This document shows, one piece after another, positions 40,831-52,254 of a DNA stretch of 64,000 nucleotides; within the stretch, counting starts at the first letter, position 1, and every line of letters begins with the position of its first letter. Source of the stretch: Lingula anatina. Lineage: Eukaryota; Animalia; Brachiopoda. Both the position numbers and the translations under genes were made by a program. The notes below the pieces were generated by a model. That model ran no database searches. It saw nothing but the letters and a program-made list of their open reading frames with translations, and was not told where the DNA came from. Where the stretch lies: positions 5,022,001-5,086,000 of the forward strand of contig CM120643.1 in NCBI GenBank assembly GCA_051362555.1, written 5' to 3'.

Positions 40831-41240
40831 CATCTTTAAATTGGAGTCCCTAAACAGCATAGAGACGATTGACAAACACCCTCATTGTTCTTTTAATCCA
40901 AGTATAAATGTGGACATGTACACATGCAAACTTCATGATTATATTTACTTGGGTAATGGTCATAAAAGTGGATCGTGGATCTTGATCACATTTGTGATTT
41001 AAGTCTCACCTCTGTAATTGGCTTGCTACATTGCATTATCTTGTTATCAGATGTGTTTGGATAGCACCTACCTGGCTTTATTAGTCAACATGCTTTTAAA
41101 CCAATTATATATCAGTTCAACATATATCAATACAATCTTGGAAACGATAACAAGTATAGACAAGGGCCAGAGCCTATTAGGTAACAGAAAAAAGAAAATG
41201 AAAACCCGACACAAATTTCCACTTGTTGACGCAAGTCTAC

Positions 41241-41571
41241 ACTAGTGGGCTGGATTTGATCTTAAAGTGCAATTTAAGATAACTTATTAGTGATCTTACA
41301 CGATCTTAATCATTACAGCAGTAGTCTTAAAATGGACTGAATCTGCTTTTAAGTTCAAAAATGATCTAAGTGGTCAAGCAGTTTCCTCCCCTCACAATGG
41401 GGGATACCTCCCCTCCCAATAGAGGACACCTCTGCTCACAATAGGAGAATGTGTAAGGGGAGACAACTTAATTGTCTGTTAGACTAGAAATGGTCTTACT
41501 CATGGTTTAAGATCATGTAAGACAATCTGTGGTCTTAAATTGCACTTTAAGATTAAATCAAGCCCACTAGT
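41241..41571. mobile_element. MITE of about 330 bp, inserted in a palindromic ACTAGT site
   Basis: ACTAGTGGGCTGGATTTGATCTTAAAGTGCAATTTAAGA...TCTTAAATTGCACTTTAAGATTAAATCAAGCCCACTAGT. TSD length is ambiguous (CTAG or ACTAGT). Confidence 0.85.
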
Positions 41572-44500
41572 GCTATGTGCTAGCAACTACAAGATGGAGG
41601 CAATGCTGTATCATAGCAACCACGAGGGACCGCAAGAAATTGCGTTATCCATGCAATAGAATTTCAGTGAGGCACAGCGCGCGCTACCTTGATAATAAGT
41701 TGTTCAGACTCCCGTGGAGCTATCAAAACAGCTTATCTGAGACAATGGGCGAATGTTTACCCGAACGCACATACCGTGTTACTATTTAGTCCCTGGTCAC
41801 TTTAATAGCCCACGCTGTCTACATCATGCGAGCTAGTGCGCACGCCCCGACAGTGTTAATGATAGGGGGATTACGATAGATAGCGCAAGTCGCTCACAGC
41901 GGGAGTCACTGTCGCCGCTGTTAAGCTGGTAATTAAGTCTTTAACTTGACTAAACATGTTTTGCTTTGTAACTTGCGTCCTTCAGTCTTGCTGTTGCGGA
42001 AGCGCTGGCGGGACATATCTCCACCTTGCCGATATTTATCCCGACTCTCGACTTTAAAAGTATTGTTGGTTTTGATTTTATCAAAGTCTTATTATATCAG
42101 AAAACCTGCACATTTTCATACGTAAAGAGAATTATAGAAACTGTAGAAAAAGCTACTCGCACATCAGGGATAGAAAACAAGACCTTGCAGCACTATAACC
42201 TATTATTCATCACCAGAAATTCCTGTTTCACCTTTTTCTCCCAAATTACAAAGTCTGATGACAACTGAAAGGTTTTAGTCATACCTCAGGGCAGTGGGAG
42301 ATTTGATTAAAAGTAATAAAAGTATATTTTGAAGAATTTTCCTAGCCTTCGGCAATTTCCGCAAAGCTTCGGCATGTGCGGAAACACAGAGCTGTCGATA
42401 TCAGCGTGAGAGAATAATAGAATTGGTGGAACAACGGTTAACGTCGTTGCATACTCAATAACCTACCCGACGGGAGTTCGTACCCCTGAAGGTACTTTTG
42501 AAGATTTTGAAATTGTCATTATTATAGATATCTATTAATATAAAACAGTTGTGGCTAATTGTTTTTGATACGGAAAGCAGAGTAGGGAGGGTTGTTGTTA
42601 TTGTTAAAGTTATTATGACTGGGGACATAAATTAGTATGCTAATCTTTTATCATGGTATAATGATTGATACGATGGCTATCAGCTAGTTTTCATTTGATA
42701 TAAATGACGAAAGAGCGGCCTTCCAAATATCTTTGCTGAATGTTTATAACGTAGATACTATTATGCGCATAAATATTGATACATGACGCAAACGACATTT
42801 ACTAATTTCGGTAATATCAATTTTAATTAAAATTAAAATTTAATTTAATTGAAATTAAAATTGAAATTAGTCTAAACGTGCATATTACCATACACCGTGT
42901 TTAAAGGGTTCTCAACACTTAACATCGTAATACAGTTTGCCAATTTTCATATTTGCTGGTTTATTTTGATTTGAGAGAAAGCGAGAGATGATCCTCTACT
43001 AAGGCCGCAAATTAAATATGAGTATTTTTCTTCAGTGCAAGAGACTGTGTAATGAAAAATCAATCTGTAACTCTGGTATAGGGTGCCCTTTTGTGTGATT
43101 CTCTTTATAATTCGATCATTGTGCATAAATTATGATATTTTCCATCTGGAAAAATACTGGATAATGTAACGATTCTTATTTTACGGATACATAATTACAA
43201 AAATTAATTCCTGATATAATACCCCCTATTTCAGCGCCTATTCCTGGCTGCGTTAATTATGGGGGTTGGACGCAGGAGTGATGATTGCTACTCTTACCAA
43301 CGGTACATCACCGATCAACTAAACTCAACAAAAGAATAAAGAATATAAAAATGTGATGTCGGTCAAAGAAGAGGCCTAGGCTACGTGCTTCATGGTTTAT
43401 AAGATATTCATTGTATTTTTTTAGTTCATTATTATAGCTTCACCTCGCGAGACCCTTTTTATATATTTAAAACACAGCACTCCACGGGTTTCGCGATCAT
43501 GAAGAAAGGGAGTGTAGCAAAGAACCTCTTTAATGGTCGTAATAATTGGTGGTTGCATTGTAGGCCTAACCTTGTTCATTTTAGTCGACAGACTAAGCTA
43601 GAAGAAAAAACAGATCATTATCGCCTCTCTTTACTTAGGAACAATAACGTTGGCTAGTGGCAGCATTTATAAGTTCTTTTATTTGGAAACTTTCCAATCC
43701 TTTGTCTGGGACTGCCGTTCAATGCCGTATAAATGACTTCCGAAAAACGGCGATAACGACAGAGACGTCCTCGAACAGTTTTTGACTCAGTGAAAATAAA
43801 AAAAATCTGCTAAGAAGTAGCCTATTAATGTCCTGGCAAATAACTTTTCGATGGCTCAGAGAGTTCTAGAATGAATGACAAGAAACGGCATTAGGGTTAA
43901 TAATAGACTAAAAACTATCAGAGTGTAGGCCTGTCTTACTTCATTTCTAAGGCCATCTTGTGATACGAGTCATGCTACACTACAATAGAGGGGGTAGCAG
44001 GTAGCAGTCAATGATTTAATACAGGGATACCATCGATAGTATATAATAGAAAGTCGCGATACTCAAATGTTTTTTAATTCATTAAATATAAACGGTCTTT
44101 TCTTGTGCAATGGGTCTGGTATAGTTGTATTGGCCTATCAGTTGGAAGCACAATTGCAAATGGCAGAGGTGCCGTGGGAGTTATTGTCGTAAAATTAGCT
44201 GGATACGTGCACGTGAGAAAATTATTCATTAAATTTAGTTTTCTAGCGTCAGCTTAATCTGGTAAAATGCGAGACGAAAAAAAACATAGATAGAGCCTTA
44301 TGACCCACTGTAGAATGATGCCGAATAATACAACAATGACGTAGTTTATCGGCAGATAAACGTGTTTCCATTCTCGGCTGACTGAGGAAAGGTTTGAGAG
44401 AGCATTTTAAGAAGAGGCGGGCGAACCAATAGTGAGTAGGAAGTGTGCTGCAATCAAGACGAACAATACCGATCATAAGTGGACAGCCAATAACCCCTAA

Positions 44501-44882
44501 TTAAGCCCGGGTTACGCGCTGCTGTGTTGACTCCTTGCTGGGGAGCGGTAGCGGCCTCCTACTGCTGTGAGTAATCACGCATTGTCTTCTAACTTGCGGC
44601 TACACGTCAGTTGCATTGTATTAATAAAGTAATACCTATTCATAAGGAAGGGGGCGGATGGTAATCTTACGAGAATAAAATCAGTTATCGATCTAACACG
44701 TACCAGTAGTCTTGTTTTTTAATAGCTAAACGGTAGCTTCAAAGGAAGATGCCGCATTTCACGTCCTTCTCTCATTATGTCCATGTTCTGGGGGAGAAGG
44801 GATTGGTGTCTATCCAGATTGAATGTTTGTGTGTTTATGAGAGAGAAAGTGAAACAGTGTCACTGTGTGTGTGTGTACAGTA

Positions 44883-44926
<44 letters not shown>

Positions 44927-45887
44927 AAGAAAAGAGAGACCACACTTAATGTAAAATCTCCACATTTTTCAAATCATGTGTCTGTAGAAGGAAATTATTG
45001 TGAATGTGTGTGAGAGTGTGCATTTGTGTGTTTGTGGGTAGGTGTGAGAAGAGAGAGGATGTAGTGTTTAAAAAGCTCAATAAATCTTAAAGATGCATAC
45101 AAACTCAATTTTTTTGCCACAAAAACCGACCAAATGCCAGCATATAGTTTCAAGTAGTATAACTAAGAGAATTACCAAAAGGCATTGTTAAATTTTACCC
45201 AATGTTTGAACGGATTTTTCTTCTAGCATTCTATGCTGTACGTCAATGGGGAAGAAAAGTAGGTCATGAAAGTAGGTTAAATTTCCGACCAAAAATTTAA
45301 AGAAAGGAGCCTCTTTTATGGCTGATCGAGTGATTTATTCAGTTTATTCCTGGGTATGTCGAATTTATTTGAGTGGTATAAGAAAATAGTAGAAGTGGTT
45401 TACATGCGTTACTAGGAATCCACGCTCCTCCGATGCTCGGTTCGTATGGCCTTTAAATTTGATTTTCAAAAAACTGAACAAAATAAAGTTATCCAAACAT
45501 GCAAATATTGACATTTATAGTTGAGTCGCAACTCTCATAAGCCCAGTAGCCAAACCCTGCTATGTTCTTTCCTGTGAACTTTTTGTGCCAAAATGCATTC
45601 TTCAGACTGAGTGAAGCAAAAATAGCTTGGTTGCTTTTTTGTTTTGAAATTTCGCAGCTTTTCTCACATATGTTTTGACAGCTGTTTCGTTTTTTGCTAA
45701 ATTTTATGCGCTTACGTATATTCACTAGTCATACTGTTCTCTCCTGTATATATAATTTGTTCATTTTCTTTCAGTTTTGTGTGTTATTGTCTATTTCCAT
45801 GTGATATTTTACTGCCTTGGGACAATTTTGCATGCCTTAACCTCTGCTGCATTTTAGTGCACATATAGATTTCATATAAGTGAAAGT

Positions 45888-46555
45888 TATATGTACAGAC
45901 ACAGATGTGTCTGTACTAGTACATATAGCCATCACCTGTGTCTGTCGTCACCATGCACTTTCACCGATAACAGGATAAGACTAAGTGGAACACAGTTTTT
46001 TTTTCTTTCTTTATTGAAACTTACAGATGAATATTTATAAAACGCAGGTCAAGTTCGAAAATCATCAGGATTGGGGCATTTTTTCAAAAGTTATGCTTTT
46101 TTTTCACTTTTTTAAGTGGGAAACCATTTAACCTTTTGGCTGCAAACTTACAGAAATTTTTATAAAACTCAAGTGGAATTTGAAAATCAGCATAATTGGG
46201 CCATTTTAAAAAAAGTTATGCTGTTTTTTTTCGCTTCTTTAACATATATGCAGCACTGATTACAAATTTCAAGGAAAACCAATCAGCCTGCAAGGAAAAC
46301 CAATCTGTCTTGCAACTTACAGGAGTGATCAATCTTACTAATATACAGATCAAGTTTGAAAATAAGTTTTATTGGTTTAATTTTGATGAAGTTATGCCTT
46401 TTTTTATATAAGTTTTTCCCCAGATTTGATTCTTAGGCATGTTAACAGTCTCATTATTGAACAAATTAGATATGTGAAAGTGATCTTTTAACATTTTCTG
46501 AATCTTAACAATATTGGTAGTTGATTATATAAAAATGATGGTAAATCTGTTATCG
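45888..46555 (+). mobile_element. Further HINE-like copy (same family as 25143)
   Basis: ATGTACAGACACAGATGTGTCTGTAC...GCCATCACCTG, AAAACGCAGGTCAAGTTCGAAAATCA and TCTTAGGCATGTTAACAGTCTCATTATTGAAC are shared with 25143-25700. Confidence 0.75.
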
Positions 46556-46679
46556 TACGGTGTCTGTTTGGAGGCAGATGGTGACCATGCAAAGCTCATC
46601 AAAATCGTACAGATTCACAGCCTCCATAGCCTCTACGATTTTGTCAAACTTTTATCAATCATAAGCCCGTAGACCACAA

Positions 46680-47675
46680 CAATATCGTAGATGTCATTGC
46701 GCAGTTCCTGCACAGGGAATATTCGGTGGACTTGCGGCGTTTGTGACAATGGTAGAACCTGTTGTAGGTCTCTTTCTCTTCCTTATTCAGTGGTTTAGGA
46801 GATATAAGAATAATTAAGATGTTTAAATGTTATTGTAATAAAGGAGTTGTACAACTGCTTGGTATAATTCATTTGCATAAATGTGAAATTGCAATTTTTC
46901 TAAATCTGAACATAAGGTTGAAAAAAATCGTAGGGGGCTGCATCAACAGCATGTTAATCTTAATCATGCGGCAACTGCAATGAGAATGAAAGGGCTCCGG
47001 ATTAGCCTTTTTCAAATGAAATACAATTTTCCATACGTGATATTGAGATAATGTTGGGGAAATGGCACGGATCCTGCACGTTGTATTAGGCGTTTGTGAC
47101 AATGGTAGAACCTGTTGTAGGTCTCTTTCTCTTCCTTATTCAGTGGTTTAGGAGATATAAGAATAGTTAAGATGTTTAAATGTTATTGTAATAAAGGAGT
47201 TGTACAACTGTTTGGTATAATTCATTTGCATAAATGTGAAATTGCAGTTTTTCTAAATCTGAACATAAGGTTGAAAAAAAATCGTAGGGGGCTGTATCAA
47301 CAGCATGTTAATCTTAATCATGCGGCAACTGCAATGAGAATGAAAGGGCTCCGGATTAGCCTTTTTCAAATGAAATACAATTTTCCATACGTGATATTGA
47401 GATAATGTTGGGGAAATGGCACGGATCCCGCACGTTGTATTAGCCGTAGCCCGTAACTATACTTACAATTTTGAAAAAAAAAAATCATACGGAAAAATAT
47501 ATACACTTATATGTTGCTGCACCTGTGGCAGATGTAATCAAGGCTTATCAATTTTCACAGCTCTGTACTCCGTATCACAGGATTGCCTTGTGTTCATTGT
47601 CGCGTGATGACCGTAAGTGTATTGTTCAATGTGCAATTCCCGTGCAAGGATAGCGCAATGCCATCTTGATATGGG
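46680..47675. mobile_element. Degenerate inverted-repeat element containing a near-identical 353-bp tandem duplication
   Basis: ATATCGTAGATGTCATTGCGCAGTTCCTGCACAGGGAAT (about 46682) is approximately the reverse complement of ATTCCCGTGCAAGGATAGCGCAATGCCATCTTGATAT (about 47636). GGCGTTTGTGACAATGGTAG occurs at 46736 and 47089. Confidence 0.6.
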
Positions 47676-48177
47676 TTAGTTACTTGCAGTTTTGCAACCC
47701 AATTAATGGTTATTTGTTAGAATTGTGAGATCAGCAGGCTAGTTGGGTAATATTTTACAGCATAAATTGAAAGAGATAAATTGAATAACCTTGTGTCCCA
47801 AGGATACTGCTTATAATTATTTATTCCCTTCATGCTTCCACCCTATCCGAGCACTTGTAATTGATACTCTGCTTCTTGATTGAAGTTGAAGATGCGAAAG
47901 ATGAAAAGAGCGCGCAGCCTTGCTTTTAGCAGGTCAGGTCACAAAGTAACAGATACGGCACCTCAGGCCACAAAACTATGCATGCTTCACAGGGCAGTGA
48001 GTTGAACTCTTTGACAAAACTTTGAGCATATATGCTCCTGAACTACCTCGATCTTTCTTTGTTGGGAGATACATGGCTTCTCAGATTAGGAAATTTTTTA
48101 CCTTTTTCAGTTGATTCCATTCAACTTTTCCAAAATACTGTGAAAACATTTCCTTTTCATATAAATGTCTTTGATCT

Positions 48178-49600
48178 GACGGCCTGTGTTTCCCGGATTC
48201 TAAGTTTAGGTTAACATCAAGGAAGTTAACTGCTCTATCGTTGGTGGATACAGTGATGTTAAGGATCAAAGACAGGTTTGATACAATGGAGAAGCACAAA
48301 TGAAGTATTAGAATGGTTTAACAACCTTCATAACAAAAAGACACTTAAGTTCGACGTTGTGGATTTTTATCCCTCTATATCGGAAGATCTACTTATGAAC
48401 AGCTTGGAGTGGGCAAAAAAATTCACACGAATAACGTTGACCGATATCCAGATTATACGGCATTCCAGGTGTACATTATTAAAGGATCGCAGTGGTTAAA
48501 TTTGGGAGAGGAAGGATAGGGATTCACAGTTTGATGTGTCTATGGGAGCCTATGATGGCGCTGAAATTTGCGAATTAGATAGGATACAGGAAGAAATATG
48601 TGTACCGACGAAGGAGCCCGGAAGAGCAGCGTGCGTCACATCGGTAGGACTAAATAGGGATGACGGCCTAGCCGTGATGAAATCTTGTGGTGGAAGCCAA
48701 GTTGACAGCATTAGAAAGGATCTAGTCAAGCTCTTCAAAAGTTATGACCTTAACATCACTGTATCCACCAAGGATAGAGCAGTTAACTTCCTTGATGTTA
48801 ACCTAGACTTAGAATCTGGGAAACACAGGCCGTTTGTAAAATCGAACGCGCAGCCGATCTATGTTTACAAAAACTCAAATCACCCCCCCGCAATAATAAG
48901 GAACATTCCTAAAGCCATCGGTGAAAGATTGCAATCCCTTTCGTCTGAAGGGGTGGTAGCAGAAGGATCAGATATCGTATAAACGACGGCGCTTCAAACC
49001 GCGGGCTATACCGTAATGTCTTTGGGTAATAACTCAAAGCAAGCAGCTCTAGTCCCAGTGAAAAGAAAAGACGAAGCAGGAAACTTATTTGGTGCAACCC
49101 ACCATACTCGAAAAATGTAAGAACGAAAATCGGGCATATATTCCTCCAGTTGCTAGACACACATTTCCCTCGCGGAAGCAAGCTTTACCGATTATTCAAC
49201 AGATCGACTGTAAAAGTAAGTTACTGTTGTATGAAAAACATACAGCAAATCATTCACGGTCACAATAAAAAAATTCTCAAAAATATGTCAGTTAACAATC
49301 AAGATGACATTAGCTGGGACATCATAAAGAAATCAGCGTTGCAAAGGAGAAATCAGCATCTATGCAATCTTTGCCTGGACGAAAAAAACTGTTAATAATG
49401 ATAACACCGGATACTCTAAATAAAAGAACTGAAATAATTACCATGTGTCGGCATAAGGTGACGTAACTAACACGGCGTGCGACGTAAGTGTCGTAACGCC
49501 GTGTACGTAAAATGGCTAATAAAACCATTTTCAAATAAACCTCCTGACGATCGGGCATACCTTCTGGGTATGCCCGTGAAACTCGGAGTCGGGGTTTTTG
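48178..49600 (+). mobile_element. Penelope-like retroelement relic (RT with stops and frameshifts, endonuclease core deleted, 5' inverted fragment)
   Basis: Motifs FDVVDFYPSI, MGAYDGAEICEL, GLNRDDGL, NFLDVNLDL, SNHPP, IWCNPPYS, FNRSTVKVSYC, CNLCLDEK, LNKRTE. 48178-48264 is an inverted copy of about 48748-48834. Confidence 0.9.
49537..49597 (+). ncRNA. Type I minimal hammerhead ribozyme in the Penelope pseudo-LTR
   Basis: Stem I AAACCUC/GGGGUUU; core CUGACGA; stem II CGGGCAUACC/GGUAUGCCCG; GAAA; short near-palindromic stem III ACUC-G-GAGU; GUC cleavage triplet ending at 49590. Confidence 0.85.
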
Positions 49601-49615
49601 CATGTCTTTTGTTTA

Positions 49616-49696
<81 letters not shown>

Positions 49697-49989
49697 TTTT
49701 TCATTTATCTTTAACCACCCCCCCCCCCCTTCCTGACTTAAGAAGTAGTGATAAATATGCCACAATATATGAGAGACAAGGATAAAAGCAGATAAGGATA
49801 AAAGCCCGAAGGTTGGAGTTCTGAAAATTTTGTCATACCCAGGAGTTTAAAATATTAATTTATTTTTAAGCGACGAAATTTTCAAGTTTATTACCGTAGT
49901 GTATTATTGCCTCAGAAATGGTAGTCTCCTATTATGTGCATTATTTATTTATTTTGTTTTTTGTTTTTTGTCTGTATATTTGACAGCTT

Positions 49990-50170
49990 TGCTGCCTTAC
50001 TTCTCTTTTTTGGATTGTGTGAATAATTTATTTGAATGAATTGTAGAAATCAATTTGTTCATTTTCCTTTTACAATGTAGTGCTTGCTTTTTCCACTTGG
50101 CGGCAGCACCTTACAGTGAAGCTGAAGTCTTCATTAAATCTCAATGATGTCTTGGTGTGTTTCTGTCTCT

Positions 50171-50204
<34 letters not shown>

Positions 50205-50590
50205 AAGAGAGAAAGAGTTTGTGTGTGTGTGAGAGAGAGAGAAATAGAGAGGGAGGGAGGGAGGGAGATAAAGAGCTTGTTTGTGGGAGGGTGTGGTAAG
50301 AGTGATAGAGAATTTAGTATTAAAAAGGCTCAAAGAACTTCAAAATTGATTTTAAAAAACTAAACACAATAATTCTATGCCAATTTTGAAAGCTGTATTA
50401 TTTTCAGAGTACAAAAACAGAAAAAAATTGACATTTTGTTAAAACAAAGAAGTGTTCAGCTTATCCAGTATTTTGAAAATATTACAGAATTACATAACAT
50501 GTACATGGCCAGGGGAAAATCTCTTTACATCTGTAATATTGTGCCATTATATCATGCATACTCAGTTCTAGATATGCTCAAGGTGACAAT
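49990..50590 (+). repeat. Detached partial unit of the terminal macrosatellite, with (TG)n/(AG)n
   Basis: TTTACAATGTAGTGCTTGCTT...GGCGGCAGCACCTTACAGTG...GCTCAAGGTGACAATA matches about 57800-58445. Confidence 0.88.
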
Positions 50591-50939
50591 AAGAGCTGTA
50601 GTCATTCTGATACCCTCTCTCTTTGGTCCTCACCAACTCTTTTGTAAGACCGAATACCTGAAAATGGAAAATGGACATAAGTACAAGCACTTGTAGTATA
50701 AACTGTAGGCATGCTACCACTGGGTATTTCCTATGAAAATTATGAAAAAAATTATTTGTCGGGAATAAACATCAATTTCGCGCATTCACATTTTCTTCAG
50801 TAACAATCCGGATTGCTATATTTGTAATCCCTTTTTGAATAAATTTATAATTTAGTAAATGTACAATAATATCAAGCATAGCACATTTTACTTTTAAATG
50901 TGGCATTCGGCAAAGGCATACTTTAGTATGCTAGTAGAT

Positions 50940-52250
50940 ATACCTGCTGCAGATCTATGTCCCGTTTGGTCCATTATTAGTTGTTCATCCAGCCCTTGTT
51001 GGAATAAAGACATGGCTGTGGTAGCCCTTAATGAATGGTTGGTGTAATATCCAGATAATCCAGCTTTGGCATACATTTCAGGAACAAATGTATTAAGTGT
51101 ATTGATGTCATATGGCTGGCAACTGTACCAGATAGAACCTGGGGTGCTTTTGTGTAGGTTGCAAATAAAATGTGTCATCACGACCTGGAAAAAAAAATTA
51201 AGCTTCTTAATACATGAATAATAAATATCGATGGGTCTCAATACATGTGCAATATAAACAGATCAAATTACTTTTGGAAAGACTAATTGTATACACTTTT
51301 GTGGTATGGGAGCTCTGAAATGGGTTCAATTTAATGTTGTTGTTTTTTTTTTTTTTTTTTTTATATGAAAAGGATTACACAAGTGATGTAAATATAACTG
51401 GAATAAAGAATAAGTGATTGCGTTAAGTGAACTTTGAAGTTAACATTATTACCTATACTAATAATCTTAACATTTTACCTTTGGTTGGACACAATTCCAT
51501 ATAGCACTTGAATAAGCACACGTGGCATCTTTGAGGGCTTTTCGTGTTAATTTGGCATGATGAACAACCTCTTTATTACTTATCCCTCTGTGTTTCAACC
51601 CCCCTTGGACAGTTTTGGAACAATCCTCAGTATATTTCAATATGCTGGTTTTCCAGTGGGCTCCTATAGAGTTATTTGAGTTGGATTAAAATGGAGGCGC
51701 CTGTGTTCTTGTCCTCCTCTTAGACCAAAGTGTAATCCGTTGAGAAAAAATATAGTTTTGACCAGAACGGTAGGATTAAAATCATCTAACTTCTTACTTT
51801 TCCACAATTTTTCTACGTCCTCAGCCTGAAAGTGCTCAGCTTTCTTACTTTTACCTCCCATGCCTTTTCTTGTGAATCTTTTCGTCTTTGCGGCCAGTAC
51901 TAAACGGATCCAGCTAAAATCTGGGCACTCCAAAAAGTCAATGGGCTTCTGAGTTTTTACTCTATGCAACTGCAAACCCATCACTAGGGACATAATGGAG
52001 TTCGGTGGATATTCTTCTCCATTTTCCTTACAAACTTCAACTATAAACTTAGATACCCAGTAGTTAAGTAGATCCACATTCATCTTCTGTATGGGACACG
52101 GAATTTATAATACTGATCTTCATTAATGTCATTCCCTTGACTGTCAAAAATACGTTTATCATTCCTTGCAATACTCCACTTTTCGAATGTATTTAAAGCC
52201 CACGAATTACATTGTCTGGTATTCTGATCGGTCAGGTACTCTCTTTTTAG
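50940..52250 (-). pseudogene. Crypton-type tyrosine recombinase (DUF3504/ZMYM-like) relic with introns
   Basis: Motifs NTRQCNSWALNTFEKW, LNYWVSKFIVEV..ENGEEYPP, GLHFGLRGGQEHR, YTEDCSKTVQGGL, TNHSLRAT..LF..G.DEQLIM..TGHRS. Stops and frameshifts are present; the intron runs about 51478-51185. Confidence 0.85.
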
Positions 52251-52254
52251 TGAG

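Noticed and set aside
45085-45456. Possible TTAA-flanked Kolobok-type MITE (TTAAAGATGCATAC...GTATGGCCTTTAA)
   Set aside because: The terminal match is too short and degenerate to support without other copies.
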